Below are positions 18,945 to 28,398 of a stretch of 64,000 bases of DNA, piece by piece. The number at the start of each line of letters is the position of its first letter. Position 1 is the first letter of the stretch. Where the stretch lies: NCBI GenBank assembly GCA_963786955.1, contig CAWBAT010000005.1, positions 64,001 through 128,000 of the forward strand. Direction: 5' to 3'. The DNA comes from an uncultured Acidimicrobiia bacterium. GTDB taxonomy: Bacteria > Acidobacteriota > Terriglobia > Versatilivoradales > Versatilivoraceae. Position numbers and translations under genes: made by a program. The notes below the pieces were generated by a model. That model had not been told where the DNA came from. It did not search any database and saw only the letters and a program-made list of their open reading frames with translations.

Positions 18945-20978
18945 CTACGCCTTTATGAGGAGTTCCTTGACATCCAGTTTGACTTCCTGCTCTTTCCGTA
19001 AGGTCTTTTCATGCCGGTCGGGAAGCAGACAAATCAATGTTCCCACCATAAATACAAAAGCCCCTAGCCAAACCCAGGCGACCAGAGGGTTCAGAAAGAC
19101 GTGAATAATCGCTCGACTTCCGTCCTGATTGAAACCCAGAACCACATACAGATCCTCTTTCAAGGTCGAGCGCAAAGCGACTTCGGTGGTCGCTTGTTCA
19201 CTGGAACGATAGAAGCGACGTTCAGGCTTCAACGTCTTAATCTCTTTTCCGTCTCGATAAACCTTGATGATGCCCACTTCAGAAACAAAGTTGGCATTTT
19301 CCGTTTCCTTAATATCCTGCAGTTTCAGCGTATAGCCGCCAATCTCAACTTTGTCGCCCTTCACCATTTCTTTCTGAACTTCACGATTAAACCCGGAACC
19401 TGCAAACCCTACGAAGAGGAATACCATTCCCATATGCACGACGTAACCACCGTAACGACGCGTGTTACGAAAGGTCAGAATCCAAAGCGCCTGTGCATAG
19501 CTTTCTCCTTGCCGGCGGCGAGCCACCGCACCTCGATGAAACTCAGCCAGGATCGTGCAAGCCACAAACACGCACAGGACCAGGCACATAAAGGAATAGA
19601 AATTTCGCATGCCAAAAACTAAAAATAAAATTCCAACCACAACTGAGACGAGGGTAGGCATTGTGAAATTTCTTCGCAAGCTTTGCACAGAGGTCTTCCG
19701 CCAGGCCAGTAATGGCCCAACGCCAGTCAAGAAAAGCAGGAAGAGTCCTATCGGCACTTCTACTTTATTGTAAAAGGGTGCGCTGACCGTCCGTTTTTCA
19801 TTTTGGAAAAACTCGGAAATGATCGGGAAGATAGTCCCCCACAGTACCGCAAACATGGAACCGAGCAATGCTAAGTTGTTGAAGAGGAAGCTGCTTTCGC
19901 GAGAGACCACGGAGTCGAGGCGATTTTCACTTTTCAGAGCGTCGAGCCGCGTCAGCAAAAGGTAGAGACAAGACCCAATCAAAATGAACAGGAAGCTCGA
20001 AAAGAAGGGGCCGATCGGAGACTGGGCAAAAGCATGGACCGAAGAAACAATACCACTTCGAGTTAAGAACGTCCCAAAGATGCAGAGCAAGAAGGTCGAT
20101 AAGATAAGAACCATATTCCAAATCTTCATCATCCCCTTGCGCTCTTGCATGATAACCGAATGGAGAAACGCCGTGGCCGTCAACCAGGGCATCAATGAAG
20201 CGTTCTCTACTGGATCCCACCCCCAGTAGCCTCCCCAGCCTAATACCACGTAAGCCCATTTGGCACCTAAGAGAACCCCGATGCCCTGAAAAAGCCAGGG
20301 GACCATCATCCAGCGGCGAGTAATTCGAATCCATTCGTCGTCTAGGTCACGCGTGATCAAGGCCGCGATAGCGAATGCAAATGGGATCGTGAATCCGACA
20401 TACCCGGTATAGAGGACAGGGGGATGAATCACCATGGCCCAATATTGCAGCAGGGGATTGAGTCCCCTCCCATCCATGGGCGTAAATGGAGTGGCTGCCG
20501 CTCCTGCCCGGATTACACCAATCTGGTCAAAGGGGTTAGCCACAAAGTTGTTCAAGAGCAAAAAAAAGCCGGCAACTATGGCAATCACGCCAACCACATA
20601 AGGCATGAGATGACGGTTTCTCTTCCGATTCTGCATTACGGTTATAAAGGCGTAAATGCATAGAATCCAGCACCAGAAGACCAGCGACCCTTCTTGCCCA
20701 CCCCAAAGAGCTCCAAACTTGTAATACCAGGGCATGGCCCGGCTACTGTTTTGAGCTACAAATTGAAGGTTAAAATTGTTACTTAACAGTTGATACCAAA
20801 GTGAGAAAACGGTGAGCGTCACAAGGATGGACATTGCGATCACTGAATTTTCAGCGGTTTCGACTAATCGCCGGTGTCCTATTGCCCCCCCCAGAAATGA
20901 TCCGACAGCAGCATAACAGGCAAGGCAAAAAGCAAATAATAAACAGAATTGCCCGAAATCACTGACTAAGGTGAGCAT
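18945..20978 (-). CDS. ccmF: Cytochrome c heme lyase CcmF
   Basis: WGGQEGS, GLNPLLQ, HPP, WGGYWGWDPVEN, SVHAF. Confidence 0.97.
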   Translation of the reverse strand: MLTLVSDFGQFCLLFAFCLACYAAVGSFLGGAIGHRRLVETAENSVIAMSILVTLTVFSLWYQLLSNNFNLQFVAQNSSRAMPWYYKFGALWGGQEGSLVFWCWILCIYAFITVMQNRKRNRHLMPYVVGVIAIVAGFFLLLNNFVANPFDQIGVIRAGAAATPFTPMDGRGLNPLLQYWAMVIHPPVLYTGYVGFTIPFAFAIAALITRDLDDEWIRITRRWMMVPWLFQGIGVLLGAKWAYVVLGWGGYWGWDPVENASLMPWLTATAFLHSVIMQERKGMMKIWNMVLILSTFLLCIFGTFLTRSGIVSSVHAFAQSPIGPFFSSFLFILIGSCLYLLLTRLDALKSENRLDSVVSRESSFLFNNLALLGSMFAVLWGTIFPIISEFFQNEKRTVSAPFYNKVEVPIGLFLLFLTGVGPLLAWRKTSVQSLRRNFTMPTLVSVVVGILFLVFGMRNFYSFMCLVLCVFVACTILAEFHRGAVARRRQGESYAQALWILTFRNTRRYGGYVVHMGMVFLFVGFAGSGFNREVQKEMVKGDKVEIGGYTLKLQDIKETENANFVSEVGIIKVYRDGKEIKTLKPERRFYRSSEQATTEVALRSTLKEDLYVVLGFNQDGSRAIIHVFLNPLVAWVWLGAFVFMVGTLICLLPDRHEKTLRKEQEVKLDVKELLIKA

Positions 20979-21097
20979 AACTCATAATCCTTACTCTGAA
21001 ATAGATTTGATGGAATTGAAATGGCAGCTACTAACGCGAGCGCAAACAGAGTGTCAGGTTTTCTCTATTGCAATCTAACAAGTCGATCGATGCTTAC

Positions 21098-21508
21098 TTA
21101 ACTCTTTCCCGGTTTCGTATAGCTGGCTTCGTATTTAGAAGCGCATTTTGCCTGGATTTTAAGGGCCTCGAAGCTTCCATCGGCCTTCAAATGCCCTTCG
21201 GCCAAAGCCTGGGCTCCGTCTTTGAAGGTGTCCGGCAGAAGATCCTTTCCTATGTATCGGACAGGAAGGATTTCACCCTTTTGCTCCAGTCTGAAATTCA
21301 CCCCACCTGGAACCTGCTCAATGCTTCCGTTGACAACATTTCCAGCCACCCGCAGACGTTTGTTGAAAGCCTCACCCTTCATTTGCCTGAGTTCATCAAC
21401 TGTTTTGTAGTAAGCGAGACTTTCATTGAAACCACTGAAGCCAAGCCAAATAATGGCCCCAACAATGATCAGACTTCCCACCAGGAATTTAATTGCCCGT
21501 TGATTCAT
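21098..21508 (-). CDS. ccmE: Heme chaperone CcmE, Cys-type (CxxxY)
   Basis: YY.TV.E, R.AG.V..GS, LPDTFKDG, AKCASKY. Confidence 0.95.
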   Translation of the reverse strand: MNQRAIKFLVGSLIIVGAIIWLGFSGFNESLAYYKTVDELRQMKGEAFNKRLRVAGNVVNGSIEQVPGGVNFRLEQKGEILPVRYIGKDLLPDTFKDGAQALAEGHLKADGSFEALKIQAKCASKYEASYTKPGKS

Positions 21509-21690
21509 ATTGTCATTTTCCCCTTAATCCATCCCTGCAGGAAACTCATGCCTTTGTGATAACGCAATTTCATTCTAACATCCTGCGGGAGATTTTTCCA
21601 AAATGAATCCATTGAATGACTTGGATGTTACGGGCCGATTCCCCCACCGAGGTCTAATTACAAGCGGCCAACTTCAAGGAATCGCCCAAT

Positions 21691-21844
21691 AGGTCGCTGA
21701 AAAACTCTTTGTAATCGGGGTCGCCGACCCCAGTTTATATTGCCGGGACCAACGGTCCCGGCTACAGCTGCAGACTTGAGAGAAGCATTTACTTTGCCAG
21801 TGTTTATTTTTTCTGCAATCTGTCTGGGTTTGTGCAGCGAAGCT
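21691..21844. mobile_element. Degenerate MITE-like element carrying a REP pair
   Basis: Imperfect terminal IR AGGTCGCTGAAAAACTC / GGGTTTGTGCAGCGAAGCT; internal GGGGTCGCCGACCCC and GCCGGGACCAACGGTCCCGGCTAC hairpins. Confidence 0.5.
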
Positions 21845-22047
21845 CAATTCCTACAGCGCCTTAAGAAGGTCACGCCTGTTCGCCTGAATGAGTTGTATCT
21901 CCTTGGGCTGTGTACAAATTGGTGAATCTTACACAGGGACCGCTGAGTTTGGCCCGAAAGATCGGGGGCAGGAGGGTGACCTTGCGAATAAGCGTTCATT
22001 TTTTTTGACTCACAGCGAAAGACAGGTATCATGTTTTCTTAAACCTT

Positions 22048-23985
22048 ATGATAGAAACACGAAAAACCATCTGCAATCGTGATTGTCCTGACGCCTGCAG
22101 TATTGTCGCCACTGTTGAGGATGGGAGAGTGACGAAGATACGCGGAGACAAGGAACACCCCGTCACACGCGGGTTCCTCTGTTATCGGACCAGTCTCTTT
22201 CTCTCAACCCAATACTCTGCAGACCGAATCAAAACCCCGCTCTTGCGCCATAACGGAAAATTCCATCCGATCACCTGGGATGAAGCATTGGATATGGCTG
22301 TCGATCGATTGACGCGGATTCGAAACGAATCCGGGCCAGCGGCGATTTTTCACTACCGGAGCGGGGGCTCACTCGGCATGTTGAAACTTTTGTGCGACTA
22401 CTTTTTCGAGCAGTTTGGCCCTGTGACGATCAAGCGCGGGGACATCTGTTCCGGAGCGGGAGACGCTGCTCAGGAGCTCGACTTCGGTGAAGAGGACAGT
22501 CATGACCTCTTCGATCTCCTCAATTCGAAAAATATCGTGCTCTGGGGGAAGAACGTCTTCACTTCCAGCCCTCACATCGTTCCAGTCCTCATGGATGCCA
22601 AGGCGAAAGGTGCGAAACTGATTCTGATTGATCCGGTCTCCCACAAAACAACCAATCTCTGTGAAAGATTCATCCAGCCGCGTCCAGCCAGTGATTTTGC
22701 GTTGGCGATGGCGGTTGCTCAAATTCTTTTTCGTGAGGGCTGGACGGATCCAGAGGCGTCAAAGTACTGTGAGCACTTCGATGAATTTCGAATACTCGCT
22801 GCCCGGAAGACCCTAGGCGAGTGGTGCGAAGAGGCCGATGTCTCTCCCGAAGTAGCTCTGGACCTGGCCCGGCGTCTGGGGCTCGAAAAACCGACGGCGA
22901 TTTTGGTAGGTTGGGGGATGGGTCGGCGGAGAAATGGAGGAGCAATCGTTCGGGCTCTCGATGCACTTTCATCGATCTCCGGCAATATTGGAATCCCCGG
23001 TGGAGGTGTTTCATTCTATTTTAAACGCCGTGGCGCCTTTGACCTCTCTTTTGTCAAGGGTGAGACCATTGCGCCGCGAACGGTCTGTGAACCTCTGTTT
23101 GGACCGGAAATTCTGAAGATGGATGATCCACCCGTCCGGGCCGTCTGGGTCACCGCCGGGAACCCGGTCGTGATGCTGCCGGAATCGTGGACAACTGTTC
23201 AGGCCTTAAGCTCTCGGGAATTCGTCGTTGTGGTCGATTCATTCCTCACCGACACGGCACGGCTAGCCCATTTGGTTTTGCCCACGACTACCTTGCTGGA
23301 GGATGACGATCTGCTGGGCGCCTACGGCCATCACTGGATTGGGGCATCCACGCCGGTGGTTCAACCTCCTGAGGGAGTCAAAACTGACCTGGAGATCATG
23401 CAAGGCTTAGCAACACGAGTAGGATTGAGCCACCTCATGGCTGGATCAGCACGAGAGTGGAAGCAGCGGCTGATTGCCTCCAAACTCAAACCGCGAGGTG
23501 TGACATTAGAAAAGCTTGAGCAGGGTGCCGTTCGCAACCCAATTCCTCCGAAAATTCTCTTCGAAGACCGGCGTTTCCCTACCCCCTCTGGCCGGGTCAA
23601 CTTGATCACAGAAAGCCCCGCTCCCAGTGAATCATGCTCCGAATTTCCTCTTTCCCTCATGTCAATATCGACGGAGAAGTCTCAGTCATCACAATGGGCG
23701 ATGAAACAAGACGGTTACGCCGTTGCCACAATTCATCCAGAGACCGTGCCGGAAATACCTGATGGAGAACTGGCTCGTCTCGAGTCGGCTGTTTCCTCAA
23801 TTGTCGTCCGAATTCACCACGATTCCAGGCAACGCCGGGACATCGTCCTGATCCCTAAAGGGGGCCACCTCCATGCGGGTCGCTGTGCCAATGCGCTCTT
23901 GCGCGCGCGGACAACCGACATTGGTGAAGGCGGTGCCCTTTACGATGAACGCGTCAGAATTGTTCAACTGCAAGAGAGTATCTAA
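22048..23985 (+). CDS. Molybdopterin (bis-MGD) oxidoreductase, DMSO reductase superfamily, cytoplasmic
   Basis: CNRDCPDAC...C [4Fe-4S] motif, WDEALD, DICS, D.F.TDTA..A..VLP, FPTPSG; no Tat signal. Confidence 0.92.
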   Translation: MIETRKTICNRDCPDACSIVATVEDGRVTKIRGDKEHPVTRGFLCYRTSLFLSTQYSADRIKTPLLRHNGKFHPITWDEALDMAVDRLTRIRNESGPAAIFHYRSGGSLGMLKLLCDYFFEQFGPVTIKRGDICSGAGDAAQELDFGEEDSHDLFDLLNSKNIVLWGKNVFTSSPHIVPVLMDAKAKGAKLILIDPVSHKTTNLCERFIQPRPASDFALAMAVAQILFREGWTDPEASKYCEHFDEFRILAARKTLGEWCEEADVSPEVALDLARRLGLEKPTAILVGWGMGRRRNGGAIVRALDALSSISGNIGIPGGGVSFYFKRRGAFDLSFVKGETIAPRTVCEPLFGPEILKMDDPPVRAVWVTAGNPVVMLPESWTTVQALSSREFVVVVDSFLTDTARLAHLVLPTTTLLEDDDLLGAYGHHWIGASTPVVQPPEGVKTDLEIMQGLATRVGLSHLMAGSAREWKQRLIASKLKPRGVTLEKLEQGAVRNPIPPKILFEDRRFPTPSGRVNLITESPAPSESCSEFPLSLMSISTEKSQSSQWAMKQDGYAVATIHPETVPEIPDGELARLESAVSSIVVRIHHDSRQRRDIVLIPKGGHLHAGRCANALLRARTTDIGEGGALYDERVRIVQLQESI

Positions 23986-23998
23986 TCCAAGCGCATTC

Positions 23999-24262
23999 GG
24001 CCCTGAAAGAGCCACGCCCTGGGTAGATGTAAAAAGGTCGATTTGCCCCCTATCCCTGAGGATTGAGCATGCCCAACAATTTTCGTGCTGGACGCCAGGG
24101 ATGTTTGAGACCCTCACACCGAGCCAAGCTTTTGGCTCTGAAAGGGCCATGCATTGTAGCCCAGGGCAAGCGCGTTAGCGCGCCGCCCTGGGTAGATGTA
24201 ACAACCGAATTGCCCCTCTCCCCACGCTCCCAGCGCTGGGGAGAGGGGATGGGGAGTGGGGG
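23999..24262. repeat. Composite palindromic repeat cluster
   Basis: GGC(C/T)CTGAAAG(A/G)GCC x2; direct repeat CGCCCTGGGTAGATGTAA (24015, 24184); CCCAGGGC...GCCCTGGG hairpin; CCCCTCTCCCCA...TGGGGAGAGGGG hairpin. Confidence 0.7.
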
Positions 24263-24394
24263 ATAGACATTTCTTGCACATTTTCTATTAAGGATTAAAT
24301 ATACAAAGGGGAATTGCCACAAAACCTATTGCGTCTGTAATAATACAGGGATGAAGAATGCCTGTATCCGTGTCGACCACCATCGGAGGCCACC

Positions 24395-25243
24395 ATGCGA
24401 AAACAAACTCTACTGTTTTGTCTCTGTTTCGTAATGGTCTTTTTCCTGTTACAAACCACACTGACCACGTCGCCTAGCGACGCAAATCTCCCACCCTCTG
24501 AAGACACTGCTCATGCCGCCTTGGAAAAGTCTCCCCGGCACGGCGAATACGTGGATATCAAACTGCCAGGCAGTCAGACGTCCATCAAAACCTGGGTAGT
24601 CTATCCAGAGCGAAAAGAGAAAGCTCCTGTGGTCATTGTCATCCATGAAATTTTTGGACTAAGCGAGTGGATTCGCTCAGTGGCGGATCAGCTTGCCAAA
24701 GACGGATTCATTGGAGTGGCGCCCGACTTGATTTCCGGCAAAGGACCCGGTGGAGGCAACACCGATTCCGTGACCAGCCGTGATGAGTTGATTAAAATGG
24801 TTCGAGGGCTGACACCCGATGAGACCACTGCCCGGCTGAACGCCGTTTATGACTTTGCGTTGAAAATCCCGGCTGGAAACCAAAAGATCGCGACCATCGG
24901 CTTTTGCTGGGGTGGAGCCACCAACTTTCTCTATGCCCCCCAGCAGCCCGGGCTCTCGGCTGCTGTGGTTTATTACGGCACCTCTCCCGAAATCAATGCT
25001 CTGACCGGGATCAAAGCTCCCGTGTTGGGCTTATATGGAGAGAATGATGCCAGAGTGAATGCCACCATCGACGCCGCCTCCTCTGAGATGAAGAAGCTGG
25101 GGAAGACTTACCAAGTCGAAATATTCAAAGGCGCCGGACACGCTTTCTTGAGAGCCCAGTCGGGACAGGATGGGGCTAATTTGAAGGCAGCAGAATCTGC
25201 CTGGCCCCAGATGCTGGCTTTCCTGCGCAAATACACGAGCTAG
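24395..25243 (+). CDS. Dienelactone hydrolase family protein (exported)
   Basis: HEIFGL, GFCWGG nucleophile motif, GHAF; signal peptide. Confidence 0.93.
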   Translation: MRKQTLLFCLCFVMVFFLLQTTLTTSPSDANLPPSEDTAHAALEKSPRHGEYVDIKLPGSQTSIKTWVVYPERKEKAPVVIVIHEIFGLSEWIRSVADQLAKDGFIGVAPDLISGKGPGGGNTDSVTSRDELIKMVRGLTPDETTARLNAVYDFALKIPAGNQKIATIGFCWGGATNFLYAPQQPGLSAAVVYYGTSPEINALTGIKAPVLGLYGENDARVNATIDAASSEMKKLGKTYQVEIFKGAGHAFLRAQSGQDGANLKAAESAWPQMLAFLRKYTS

Positions 25244-25271
25244 AGACAGCCCGCCGCGTCGCGGCTGGACC

Positions 25272-25530
25272 GTAGCGCGGACCCGATATGTGGGTCCGCG
25301 GCTTTTTACCCTATTTCAGGAAAAGTGTCTAGCGCACCAGAGTCGCATTCTGACTCTGCGGCCTTCTGAGGAAAGTGTTTTGCGCACCGCCCTTCCCCCA
25401 AAGCCGCGGAGTTAGACAGCAACTCCGCGCTACCTGCTTCTCATTTCAGGAAAATCCGCAGAGTCGAAAATTGACTCTGATACTTGCTTTTTGGATTAAC
25501 AAGACGACAGGCAAGGATGCCTGTCGCTAC
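25272..25530. repeat. Cluster of five GTAG-family REP hairpins
   Basis: GTAGCGCGGACCC...GGGTCCGCGGC; CAGAGTC...GACTCTG x2; GCCGCGGAGTT...AACTCCGCGCTAC; GACAGGCAAGGATGCCTGTCGCTAC; between convergent genes. Confidence 0.8.
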
Positions 25531-25543
25531 AATGTCTGGAACA

Positions 25544-26845
25544 CTACTCCAGTTCGGTTTGTCCAGGTACGGCCACAGGTGGAACAGGTAGATTCCCAAA
25601 AGTCAGATCCTTAGGCATCAATTCAATCTTAGAATTAAGAGCCTGCTCCCATGTGACCGCTTTGCCGGTGTAAGCAGACATCCGGCCCATGATAGCTGTC
25701 AGAGTGCTTTCAGCCACGTTTTTCAGCTCATTGATCGGCTTCCCACTGCGAATGCTGTCGATGAGATCAATATGTTCCTGTAAGTAAGAATCCACTTCTT
25801 TGTCCGTAAACTGCCAGTTTACGGCCCCTTTAATCACATATTGATGGCGATCTTCAAATACGGCACTCCCCTTTGTGCCCACTACCGCCTCAGAAACGTT
25901 TTTTTCACATCCTTCAATCTGGCGGGCCATACTCATCACGTGCACTCCCTTCGGGTACTCGTAATCGATGGCAAAGTGATCAAAAATTTGGCCGTATTCC
26001 GGGGCGGTGCGGACTTGTCTTCCACCCATGCCGACGGCCCGAACCGGATGACTTTGCGTTGCCCAATTGATGACATCCAGATTGTGAACGTGTTGTTCGA
26101 CAATATGATCCCCGGACAGCCAAGTGAAATAAAGCCAATTTCTGAGCTGCCACTCCACATCGCTCCAGCTAGGCTGGCGATCTTTTTTCCAAAGCCCCCA
26201 CTGGTTCCAGTAACAACGCCCCGCCACAATGTCTCCGATCGCTCCTTCATGAATCAATTTCATGGCTTCTTTGTAACTCCTCTGGTGCCGGCGTTGAGTA
26301 CCTACCGCAATGGATAGCCCTTTAGCGTTGGCTTCCTCATATACCTCCAAGCAAGTCCGGATGCCAGGACCATCCACGCCTACCGGTTTTTCTGCAAAGA
26401 TGTTCTTCCCTGCCGCAACGGCAGCCTTGAGATGCAATGGCCGAAAGCCGGGAGGGGTGGCAAGGATGACGTAATTGATGTCACAAGCCAGAACTTTCTG
26501 ATAGGCATCGAATCCCACAAAACAGCGATCTAGAGGAAGGTCTACAGTGCCGGGATTTTTTTCCATGAGGAACTTACGGCCATCATTTAAGCGATCCTGA
26601 AAGAGATCTCCCAACGCCACTAACTTGACATTGGGCGCCGCATGCAGTGCCTGGTCGGCCGCGCCTCGCCCGCGGCCTCCGCAGCCGATCAACCCGACTC
26701 GAATCATGTCGCTACCGGCCGCGTGCACGGCTGTCAATTCCCCTAGGCGAGAGGCAACTGACGCTCCGAGAGCCGCAGCCGAGGAATGCTTTAGAAATTC
26801 TCGACGGGAGGCAAGACTACCTTCCCTGACTATTTTTTTCTTCAT
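25544..26845 (-). CDS. Tat-exported Gfo/Idh/MocA oxidoreductase
   Basis: SRREFLK Tat motif, GLIGCGGRG, AEKP, EQHVHNLD. Confidence 0.93.
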   Translation of the reverse strand: MKKKIVREGSLASRREFLKHSSAAALGASVASRLGELTAVHAAGSDMIRVGLIGCGGRGRGAADQALHAAPNVKLVALGDLFQDRLNDGRKFLMEKNPGTVDLPLDRCFVGFDAYQKVLACDINYVILATPPGFRPLHLKAAVAAGKNIFAEKPVGVDGPGIRTCLEVYEEANAKGLSIAVGTQRRHQRSYKEAMKLIHEGAIGDIVAGRCYWNQWGLWKKDRQPSWSDVEWQLRNWLYFTWLSGDHIVEQHVHNLDVINWATQSHPVRAVGMGGRQVRTAPEYGQIFDHFAIDYEYPKGVHVMSMARQIEGCEKNVSEAVVGTKGSAVFEDRHQYVIKGAVNWQFTDKEVDSYLQEHIDLIDSIRSGKPINELKNVAESTLTAIMGRMSAYTGKAVTWEQALNSKIELMPKDLTFGNLPVPPVAVPGQTELE

Positions 26846-26912
26846 GACCCGTTGTTCTCCTTTTTTATTTTAGCTATGACAAAAAAATCGTCGATGAATG
26901 GTCTCTTCCATT

Positions 26913-27959
26913 CTACTCCTTAGTCACTTTCGATTTTAATCCCTTCAGATTCTCCTGCTCCTCCAAAGGCCGGACGACGCGGAAGCCTACAAAGGTCGCA
27001 TTGGTATGCCACCAAATGCTCTTCGGCTGTTGCGGGTCGAGCATACTCCAATCATCATTCGAAGCCCGACGGGCTGCCGACCGAAGCATAGATGCTTCAT
27101 CATCCCAGGAACCACCTCGGACCACATGGGGGTATTGCCTCTCCGTTGGGATGAAAACTGGAGAAAGCGCCGGGGTTCTATCCTTGAATGTCGAGTAGAA
27201 TTTAGGATCGTATTCATCCAGGACCCATTCGGCAGCATTTCCGTGCATATCGAATAAACCCCATGGGTTCGGCTTTCGCGTTCCAATCTTTTGAGGTTTG
27301 CCGCCCGAATTATCCACATACCAGGCATAGTCTTTGAGGCTGGCTGCATTGTCACCAAAAGAGTAAACCGTTTGGGTGCCCGCGCGGCAGGCATATTCCC
27401 ACTCCGCCTCCGTCGGCAGTCTATAAATTTTTCCAGTCTTTACGGAGAGCCACCGACAATACTCCATTGCCGCATGGTGGGTGATACAGATGACCGGCTG
27501 CCCCTCTCGACCCAAGCCAAAAGTTTCATCGGCATAAGGAGGAGTGGGGCGCGTCACGGCATCGGCAGACTTTTCACTCTCTGGCTGTGAATTCAAATCG
27601 ACTCCTTGCTGCTTCTTTTTCTTAACGTCGAAACTGAAGGCATAGAGGTCGTATTCGTTCCAGGTGACTTCGGTTGTGCTCATCCAGAAGGGGCGGATGG
27701 TTACCTCGTGTTGAGGGACCTCATCCGGAAAACGTTTAGCCTCACTTGGAGGGCTGCCCATCATAAAGGATCCACCCGGTATGGGGACCAGCTCGAATTT
27801 CACGGCAGTACCAGGGATGGTTTCGACATAAGGCTGCATTGACTTGGGACTTCTTGAGTCCTCACCGTAAACAACCATCCCAGGGCGTTCGTTGGCCGCA
27901 GCAAGGAATAGGACGAGAATGACAAGAAAAGTTCCCGAAATGAGAAAATGCAACTTCAT
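26913..27959 (-). CDS. Formylglycine-generating enzyme (SUMF1/FGE-sulfatase) domain protein
   Basis: F.MGS, EVT, RLPTEAEWEYACRAG, PNPWGLFDMHGN, RGGSW, GFRVV. Confidence 0.92.
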   Translation of the reverse strand: MKLHFLISGTFLVILVLFLAAANERPGMVVYGEDSRSPKSMQPYVETIPGTAVKFELVPIPGGSFMMGSPPSEAKRFPDEVPQHEVTIRPFWMSTTEVTWNEYDLYAFSFDVKKKKQQGVDLNSQPESEKSADAVTRPTPPYADETFGLGREGQPVICITHHAAMEYCRWLSVKTGKIYRLPTEAEWEYACRAGTQTVYSFGDNAASLKDYAWYVDNSGGKPQKIGTRKPNPWGLFDMHGNAAEWVLDEYDPKFYSTFKDRTPALSPVFIPTERQYPHVVRGGSWDDEASMLRSAARRASNDDWSMLDPQQPKSIWWHTNATFVGFRVVRPLEEQENLKGLKSKVTKE

Positions 27960-28398
27960 CGGATGGGCTCCTTGGTACACAGTTTTATAAATACGGTGAC
28001 CTTTCAGGTACGATGTGACAGAAGTCCGTGTTGTTGCTGGCCCCGCTGGTGAGATTTATGGCCGAATGGATGTAAGAGAGTGCTGAAAAACAGATCTGCC
28101 AAAGTCTAATCAAGTATTGCGTCACTTCGAGCTCGCTCGATCAAACGTAAATTCTAGCATCCACGGGTAACGCCTCAAAGAGAAACTTCGAGAGATGTGA
28201 ATGAATGGTTGAATACGGTTGTGCAGGTGAATCTGGCGGAGGTTATGCAGTTCCGTAATCCAAACGCAATAAGTAATGTTAAAAATACGGGGCGGACCCT
28301 TGTCAACGGGGGGACTACTGGGGGGAATAATTACAGGCAAATAACAAGTAATTCGTCTGCATTAGATTATAATTTCAGCCGTTAATAGGGTTTACAAA

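Noticed and set aside
25272-25530. CRISPR array
   Set aside because: The hairpins differ in sequence, orientation and spacing, and there are no cas genes; they are REP-like. No CRISPR, tRNA or rRNA was recognised anywhere in the window.
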